From an uncultured delta proteobacterium (GTDB lineage Bacteria > Desulfobacterota > Binatia > Bin18), in assembly GCA_963733195.1 (NCBI GenBank), contig CAVTCR010000068.1:1-37980 (forward strand): a DNA stretch of 37,980 nucleotides. Direction: 5' to 3'. A model generated the notes under the pieces. It was not told the origin of the DNA, searched no databases, and saw only the letters and a list, made by a program, of their open reading frames with translations. Shown here piece by piece: positions 30,133 to 37,980 of this stretch. A program made the translations under genes and the position numbers. The stretch's first letter is position 1. The number at the start of each line of letters is the position of its first letter.

Positions 30133-31168
30133 AACGAAAGTGCACGACATCACCGTCCTGCATGACGTACTCTTTCCCTTCTAAACGCATCTTGCCTGCA
30201 TCGCGGCATCCTGCCTCGCCGCGATAGCGAATGTATTCTTCATAGGCAATCACTTCGGCGCGGATGAAGCCTCGTTCGATGTCAGAGTGGATCTTCCCTG
30301 CCGCTTTGACCGCGGTCATGCCACGAGTAATCGTCCACGCACGGGCTTCCATCGGCCCCGCAGTAAAGAAACTCATGAGGTTCAACATGGCATAGGCATA
30401 CTGGATAAAACGATCACGAGCGGATTCTTTGAGTCCAAGATCCGCAAGAAAGACACCGCGCTCTTCTTCATCGAGCTGGGCAATCTCCATCTCGACTTTG
30501 CCACAGATAGACACAACTGTCAGTTTCTCACTCGTCGCATAGTCGGCAACGTTGTCCGGCAACGGAACATTGAGGGCTGCCTCGTCCACGTTGTACACCA
30601 CTAGCAACGGCTTTTGGCTGAGGAAAGCAAATCCTGAGAGCATCCCCTGCTCTTCTGGCAAGAACGACAGATGTCGTAGTGCTTTCTCCTCTTCGAGCGC
30701 TTTTTGACACTTTTCAAGTAGTTCTTTTTCTCGTTCTTTGCCTTTTTCTTTCTTCACTCGCTCCAGACGTTTCTCGATCACAGCCAGATCGGCCAAGATT
30801 AACTCAGAGTGAAAATTGCGCAGATCACGAACTGGATCAGGGGGAGTGGCAACTGCAGGGTCTTCAAACGCACGGACTACCTGGGTGAGAGCTTCGCATT
30901 CGCGCATCTGCACCAGCGCTTCAGTTTCGAGGCCAGTTTTGCGTTCCTCTGGTGGTGGGAAATCGAGGAACGTCACTTCTGCATACTTGTTCCGTTCGGG
31001 GTGAACGATTTCTGCTAACGCATCAATCCGCGCGTCAGGCACTTTGACCACAGCGATCGATGTTTCACGTTTTTTCTCAAACCCACCGACTTCAGCACTA
31101 AGGCCGGTGAGCGCATTGAAGATCGTAGTTTTGCCAGCACGAGAGAATCCAACTAAGCCTACTTTCAT
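30122..31168 (-). CDS. ychF: YchF-family OBG ATPase (atypical paralog)
   Basis: GLVGFSRAGKTTIFNALT, VKVPDARID, ELILADL, NVDE, AAGKIHSDIERGFIRAEV, LEGKEYVMQDGDVVHFRF. Confidence 0.9.
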   Translation of the reverse strand: MKVGLVGFSRAGKTTIFNALTGLSAEVGGFEKKRETSIAVVKVPDARIDALAEIVHPERNKYAEVTFLDFPPPEERKTGLETEALVQMRECEALTQVVRAFEDPAVATPPDPVRDLRNFHSELILADLAVIEKRLERVKKEKGKEREKELLEKCQKALEEEKALRHLSFLPEEQGMLSGFAFLSQKPLLVVYNVDEAALNVPLPDNVADYATSEKLTVVSICGKVEMEIAQLDEEERGVFLADLGLKESARDRFIQYAYAMLNLMSFFTAGPMEARAWTITRGMTAVKAAGKIHSDIERGFIRAEVIAYEEYIRYRGEAGCRDAGKMRLEGKEYVMQDGDVVHFRFKV

Positions 31169-31339
31169 GCGAGGAAATGTAGCAGGTTAACGAACCGTGG
31201 TCATGGGGAGACCAAGGGAAGGCGTCCCGGAAAAAGGGTCTTGTCGCGAAATATTCTCCTAACATCTTTTCCGCTACACTTTCTATAGGGACACGTGGGG
31301 AGGAGGGCGGTAGCGGTAGAGGGAGTTCAAAGGAATCGC

Positions 31340-34300
31340 TCAGTACTCCTTATGCCACAGAATACCGGCTTCACTGTTACCGCCGGCGCTCGTCGAGGTC
31401 GTGGTTTTCCACCCGGGGCTCAGGGAGTATTCCACCGATACCTCCTGCCCCTTCTTACCGGCAATATCCTGGGACATAGACACGTAGGTGTTCGGGGAGA
31501 CGTACCGACCGAAGCCAATACGCCCGCCCGTGAAATCGACCTCCCGCAGGTCAATCCCGAGCTGTTCGAGCCCCAGGGCCTGCGAGACCGACTCCCCGAT
31601 CTTGGCCGCAGCATACCCACTGGTGACCTTTAAGGCCTGTTGCTGCAGGTCCATTTTCTCTCCTTGGCTTAGCGCGGTGGTCGGCTTCCCGAACAGCAAC
31701 ACCGCCAAAATGTCGGCTTGTTCCAGCTTGGGTTCGCTGCGGAAGGTCAGCGACGGTTTTTGGGCTGTTCCACCCACGACTACCTCGACCTGGTAGTCCG
31801 GTAAGCGGTATTGCGCCACGATATCCACCCCGGGGTTGATCTCCTTCCCCCCGGTGAACACCACCCGCCCTTGGGTCAACGTGAAACGACGCCCCTGAAA
31901 CCCGACCCAGCCGCGGACGGTCTCGATGGCACCGACAAGTGCCAGGTCTTCCCCTGGTTGCTTCGTTGCCCGCACCTCGCCAGCCAGCTCTACGTCCGCA
32001 TTGGGATGCCGAACCCACGTGTTGCGGGGCACAGCCACCGTGAGGTCAAGCGCCAGGTTCTGAAAAGTGTCCGTTTGCGGAGGGGTTTGAGTTTTCTCCT
32101 GTTCCTCCTCGACCGTCGAGGGTGTAGAAGAACTTCCTGTGTGCCGGATCACGATGGTGTCATCGCGTTGCACAGGCGTGTCTTGGAGAAAGGCCAGGTC
32201 GGGTCGCAGGGTTGCCTGCAACACTTCGAGCTGTCCTGTGACCCGCGCGGCAGTCAGCGGCCCTTCGGCCCGAACCTCGCCGCCGATCTCGGCCTGATAC
32301 TGGCGTGTGTGGATGGCCGGCCAGCGCTCGGCCGAGAGGGACACCTTGAGGTCTGCTGGGTGCATAGTCTCGTAAGGCAATGGTTCCGCTGCCCTGCAGG
32401 CGTCCGTCTCTGGCTTGGGCCGCTATCTGCGCGATCCGCACGTTCTCCGGATCCACTGCACCGGCTACGGTGATCGCAGAGATCTGTACGCCGAGTGGGT
32501 TCACCGTTGCTTGCCCATCCCGGAGTTGAAAGGTCCCTCGCGGCAGCGGACGCGAAGCCGGACCTTGCAGGCTGAAGTCCAGACTGAGCTCCCCCGCCAC
32601 CCCTTGGACGGCCTTACCACTAAAGGCATTCAGGAACGCCAGACTCAGGCCAGAAGAGTGGACTCGGAAGTCTACATCGCCGAGCACTTGTGTTTTCCAC
32701 CCTTCCGCCCAGCTCATGGCGAGCGGCAGGGAGCCGTTCGCGCTCAGCGCATGCTCGGCATCCTGGCGGAAGGTCAACTCTAGCGTGGCTTTTGCTTCTT
32801 TGTAGGCGACTGCCGTGAAGAGATCTTTGTAGTCCTGGCCGGCAACACGGAGACCAGTGAGGTGTGCTGTCCCGTCGAGGCTCGGCCGAGCCGCCGTGCC
32901 GCCAACCTGCACCCGGGCCGAGAGCATTCCGCTGACCTCGGGGTGCTGGGACAGCAGTGGCTGTAACGCCGCGAGGGTGAAGCGGTCGATCTGGACCCGC
33001 AGGTCCTGGGTACCAGTCGGAGACAGGCTTCCCTCAAGCAGCATCTGTTGGTCGCCGTTTGCGAGCAGAAAGCGCTCGATAACAATGCCTTCTGTGTTCT
33101 GTATGATCTGTACCGGTTGAGTGAGTTGCCAGGTTCCGTCCAACAGCTCCAGCGAGAGCGTGCTGAGGCGCACAGCAAGCTGCGCGGGTTGGTACGCGAC
33201 CTCGGCGTTCAGGCGGTGGCTGTGGGCGGTGGCATCCCGAACTTTCACCGCTACTTGGGCTGACAGCGGCGCTGGCTGTTGTTGGCCGCGCGGGAGAGTC
33301 ACTGTCGCTTCGAGCGTCTGCAGCTCCACTCCCGTCTGGATGCCGTCGAATACCGCTATCAGGGTACCCTGCGGCTGCGGCTGTCCCAAGTTGTTTAGAT
33401 CGAATGTGACCGTCCCGCGCTGTATCACAGCCTCATCCACGCGCACATCTGCGGCTTTGAGTTCCCCCTGCGCCTGCAGAGCGGCGATGTTCCCGCTCGC
33501 CTCCCCGGTCAGGGCGAGTGCACCCGATCCCTTCCGGCCGGCAAGTGACAGCCATGGCGACAGATCCGTGGCTCGGAGCGTGTACAAGAGCCGCCCGTTC
33601 TCTTCTGGGGTGGTACCCATCTCCCCTTGTACAGTCAATGTGGTGTCTGTCGCCGCCAGTGTCGCTTCCGCGATCCGGATACGCCCGTCCGCAATCCGCG
33701 CGTCGAGACGACCGCGCTGCATCTGCAGCGGGCCGATGGTGGACGGGCGCAGCTCAATCTCGGTCTGCGCGTCCATCGTTGGCAGGGCGAGCCCCGTTCC
33801 CTGTAGCGTGCCCGTGAGGTTCAGGTCACTGCTAACAGGCTTCTCCCCCGCCGCCACTTTCTTGAGGTCCAGGCCTTCTATAGAGAGGGCTAGATCATAG
33901 CGTGGCTCTTCGGCTAGGGTGATTGCTCCCTGCCAATGTGCCCGACCAAGCCCACCGCGCACCTCTCCGTTCAGCTTTCCCGTTCCTTGCTCCAGGCTCC
34001 CGTTCAACGCCATATCTCCAATCTGCCAGCTCGCGACCCGCAGAGGCCTGGGCCTTTAGGCTCGCCTTCCCATTGACGTCAACAAGGGCTGTTCCTGCGC
34101 CGTTCGCTCGCACTGTGCCCTCTACCACACCCGCCACGTCTTCTCTTGCTAAGAGTTTTTGCACATCAAAGCGACGGATTGTGACCTCTCCCTGATACCG
34201 GGGCATTTGCTGACTGAGATCAGCCTGCACATCCGCAGTACCTGGGCATCAGCTACAGCGAGAGTGAGGTTCGTGTGTAGGTCCGCCAGCGGCCCGGTGA

Positions 34301-35170
34301 CCCGCAGCTTCCCGGAGAGGGCCTCCTTCAGTGGCCAGCCAGGCACGATTTGGGCAACATCAGCAACTGCCAAATTTTCGATGACCAGCTCAGCATCCGT
34401 GTTCAGCGTGCTCAGGTTGTCAACCGTACCGGCGAGGTGGAGGCGAGAGTGAGGGGTATGGAGGCTGAATGCGCTGATACGAACCGCAGCCGGAGTCACC
34501 GTGCCCTCATAGACCAGGGCGGCCTCTGCCTGTACCTCCGGCAATCCCGATCCAGTGATGCGAGAAGCTATGCGGCGGACCTGGATTTCGAGGCCAGTCG
34601 GCAGCTTCTCGATTTTCGCGTCCAGGGTGGTCTCGGTGAGATAGTACCTCTGCTCAGCCGCACGCGCGAGCGTCACGTCAATACGAGCCCCTTGCACCGT
34701 CACGGTATCCAGATGCATAGCAAGGCCGCCCTCTTGTGTCGGGGCCGCTTCAGGCTGCACTATTTCGGAGCAAGTGCCTCCAGGATATTCCAGGTGCCCG
34801 CCGCGTCTTGCTTGAGTTGCACGACCGGCTCGACTACCTCTACGCGCGATATTTGCATACGGCCCTGCAGGAGCGGGAGCAAGGAGTACTGTATTGTCAG
34901 ACGGGGGACATAGAGAATGTCAGTCCCCTGATGCTGAATAGTGAGGTTGTGCAGGGTCACGTTCTTCCAGATTGACCCCTCGATTCGTTCCACACCGACG
35001 TCACCGCGAAAGGAGGTGTTTAAGGCACTCACCAACTGGTCGCGGAGCAGTATCTGAAACCGCTCCGTGCGGATGAAGAGCACGCCCCCGACCACGACAA
35101 GGAGCAGCAAGCTTCCGAACACGAGCGCTATCCAGCGGAGATATGACCCGACGCGTTTCATAGCTGTCAT
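31340..35170 (-). CDS. tamB: Translocation/assembly module TamB; several frameshifts
   Basis: N-terminal TM anchor, long beta-rich body, C-terminal DUF490-like region (GGTAQKPSLTFRSEP..ILAVLLFG, GRYVSPNTYV, EYSL); downstream of tamA. Confidence 0.85.
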
Positions 35171-35175
35171 CCTTA

Positions 35176-37000
35176 TTAAAAGAACTGGCCGATGCTGAAG
35201 TGCACCTGCCAGCCCCGGTCTCCCCGGGGAGGGTCGAAGGGAAAACCAAGATCAACCCGCAGCGGTCCGACTGGTGTGGTGTAGCTTACCCCAAACCCAG
35301 CAGCAAATTTGAGATCATCAAGCGGCAGGTCAAGAGAGTCGAGCGACACCTGGCCAAAGTCCAGAAACAGCGCGCCGCTCAACTCTCTCCACAAGGGGCG
35401 GCGCAGCTCCACCGACCCCTCGATCAGGCTGAGCCCGCCGAGGGGGTCATCCGCATCGCTGAGCGGCCCGAGTCGCCGGCGACCATACCCCCGCACGCTC
35501 TTTTCCCCGCCGGCATAGAAGCGCTCAAAGAGAGGAATATTCGCCCGCGCACCCAAGGCATCGGCAAAGCCGATTTTTAGCCGGCCGGCGAGCACCGTTT
35601 TCCTGCCCACATGGTGGTATTTTTTCGCCTCGGCCGTGAATTTGTAAAAGCGGAAATCTCCACCCCATACTACCCCTGCCTGCTCGGCGGACAGGGACAC
35701 TACCTCTCCTTCCTGGGGGTTGAACGGGTCTTCCGTGGTGTTCCAGACCAGACCCAGGGAAGGCCCCGAGAGGACGCCGTCCCGCTTGATCTGCCCCAAG
35801 GCCCGGACCGTGGCGGGGGCAATGTCGTGCAACTTGGCAAACTCCAGCCGATACCCGATGAACCCCGACAGGGTCGGAGAGAAACGGTGCTCCAGGCGTG
35901 GCTGAAAACGCGTCGCGTTGAGCAGGAAAGTTTCCTCATCTTCTTGCTCTAGGCTCAAGCTGAGCACCGCACGGGTGCGGGGTGAGAGAAAGTGTGGCTG
36001 GACAAACGTGGCCTTGGCCGTGCGAGTAACAGACGAGAGTTTGAGCAAGAACGATAACTGTCGGCCTCCGCCCAGCCAGTTGCGGTGTTGCCACTCGACT
36101 TGGGCGCCAATTTCATCTTCCGTGCCATACTTGAGTCCTGCCTTGATCTCACGCGGGGGTTTCTCTTCGACACGGACCTGCATCGGCACAACCTGCGGTT
36201 TGCTCTCCGTGTGTTCCGGCGCAATTTGCACGGCCCGAAACAGGCCCAGGGCCAAGATCTTTTCCTGCGAGTCCGCAACCTTGCGCAGGGAAAACTGTTC
36301 GCCAGGCTGATACGTCAGTTCCCCGAGGATGAGGGACGGATCGACTTTCTCGGTGCCCTCCACTCCTGTAGTCCCAAACACGGCGTGTGGCCCGGGCTGC
36401 GCAGTATACTGGACAAGAGACGTGGCCTTGGTCGAGATCGACTTCCGCCCTCCGCTGCGTCTCCACGTGTGCGTGGCCCCGTTCACGAAAGAAATCTCGC
36501 ACCAGCTGTTCACCCTGCTGGTACGCCGCTTCGCTAAACGGCCCGCCCGGTTGAAGAGGTAGTTGCTTAGGGAAAGGAAAATCAGCCGGGTCTGGCGGTG
36601 AGCTGTAACTTCAACCTTGACGTCTGCCACGGTGACGGGTCGGTGCTCGGCCACACTGATGTGAGCCGTCACAGATGCATCTTGATCGTCGACCTGTAGG
36701 TCGTAAGTTACCCGGCTCTGGTAATATCCGCGAGCCTCATAGAAGCGCTGTAGAAGTTCGATATCGGTGGTAAAGGTGACCGGGTCAAAAACCGCCGTCC
36801 CTTCCACGGGGTGTACCAAGGCCGTTCTTTGTACGGAGCGTGGCCAAAAGCTCACGGGCCGAAAACCCTCATTCCCAGATATGACAACGGCCTCCACCTG
36901 CCATTCCCGCTCTGGAGCTAGCTCCTCCCACGGTCAGCGCGAGAAGGAGGGTGCCCCACCAACACCAGAGTGTCAAAACAAAAAACAGTATGCAGGGCAT
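35176..37000 (-). CDS. tamA: TamA/BamA (Omp85) outer membrane assembly factor; frameshifted in its 5' half
   Basis: POTRA-like segments (FYEARGY, LGLFRAV), RNWLGGG, RFYAGGEKSVRGY, TPVGPLRVD, terminal SIGQFF. The start position is approximate. Confidence 0.88.
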
Positions 37001-37029
37001 GGCCTTCCCAATGACGAACCTGCTCTATT

Positions 37030-37980
37030 ACTTCTCTTTCAGATTGTATCCCCACGGTTTCTCTACACAACTCACGTAGGAATTACGGGCCCTGGAACAG
37101 AGTTGGCTCGGAGGCCAGGGATCTGAGGGTGAGGCCCTCAAGGGCGTGCCGGACAGCCTGATCACGTAGTTCGGGACGCCAAACCTGATCCTCCTTGCCA
37201 CTGGCAGGTGCGGTGGAATCGCTCGCGGAGGAAATCGAGAATCTCGACTACGGGAATCTGCTCGGGTAGACGCCCGGAAGATCCGTAGGCTCTGCCGCCG
37301 CAGAAGCAAGCCTCGCCGCACGAATCCGTAGATCAGCTCTTCCAGGCTTGACAGAGGCAAACCGAGGGCGGCAGCCAGCTGGGCCGGATCCGAAGGGGGT
37401 CTCCCTTCAAGGGCGCGCGGGGTTAGCTCGACTACGCCGCAATGGCCAGTTGTTCCCGGAACAGCTGGCTGTGTCCCCTATGAGATGTGTGTTGCGGTAC
37501 GCACCGGACGCCGTACTGGGAGCACGCCACCTCGGCTCCCACCAGGACGATCAGCCACCGAGCTGCAGCCAAATCAAGAAGAGAATCAGGATGGCGGAGC
37601 TCGAACAGATCGCTCACAGAGCCGCTCGAGCCTGCGACGAAGGTGGTGAACCCGACACCAGCCACTTGCCAGAGGAGACCAGCCACGACCCCACCGACCA
37701 AGGCTGAGCGCAGGCGGCAACGCGCGTGTGGGGGACGAACTGATACAAAAACGTGAAAGCCGCGCACAAGAGAATGAGCGGCATCAGGGGCGGTGACCAG
37801 GGGCACACGACCCAGCCCAGTGGGTTGAACTCCAGGAAACGTTGTACCAGCCAGTAATTTTGGGCTGAGGCTGTCAACGCCAGGGCAGTGAAGATCAAGA
37901 CCGGACCGACGAGCACTACACTCAGGTAATCGTGAAATTGGCGGCCCAGACTACGGGGGCGGTGCACCTGCCAGATGTTG
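37030..37980 (-). CDS. YihY/BrkB family inner membrane protein; partial and frameshifted
   Basis: IWQVHRPRSLGRQFHDYLSVVLVGPVL, FTFLYQFVPHTRV, SALVGGVVAGLLWQ, WLIVLVGAEVA; the 3' boundary is uncertain. Confidence 0.8.

Noticed and set aside
1-37980. tRNA, rRNA or riboswitch
   Set aside because: No cloverleaf or conserved RNA motif recognised by eye; an Infernal/tRNAscan run would be decisive.

Overview
Bacterial DNA whose gene content resembles Candidatus Binatia/Tectomicrobia-type lineages (inference, not proven). It falls into five zones. (1) 1-10045: three tandem minus-strand class III nucleotidyl cyclase-AAA ATPase(STAND)-TPR genes broken by many single-base frameshifts, with a DUF433/DUF5615 toxin-antitoxin pair between two of them. 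(2) About 10100-13800: mobile-element debris, including IS256 and IS5 remnants, a MazF-type TA pair, a solitary attC-like site beside a BrnA-like remnant, an AAA_14 fragment, a REP and iteron-like or palindromic arrays. (3) 13885-19396: a fourth, nearly intact cyclase-STAND-TPR gene, followed by a translationally coupled pair made of an isoprenoid-synthase-fold (DDxxD) protein and a geranyl-diphosphate-methyltransferase-like enzyme. This pair is my best candidate for an undescribed system (methylated non-canonical isoprenoid or prenyl signal). (4) About 19500-31200: mostly intact genes for an MBL lactonase, ring-cleaving dioxygenase, acyl-CoA dehydrogenase, Uma2, antitoxin-like/HNH pair, alpha/beta hydrolase, DHH phosphoesterase, SirB1, NUDIX, AI-2E transporter and an atypical YchF. 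(5) 31340-37980: GC-richer, frameshifted yihY-tamA-tamB. Small repeats are abundant: several REP families (one carrying 0, 1 or 2 copies of a nested 22-bp hairpin), REPs inserted at the same site in STAND paralogs, and degenerate 7-mer arrays. Many frameshifts are probably long-read errors. All family calls come from motif recognition by eye, without database searches.
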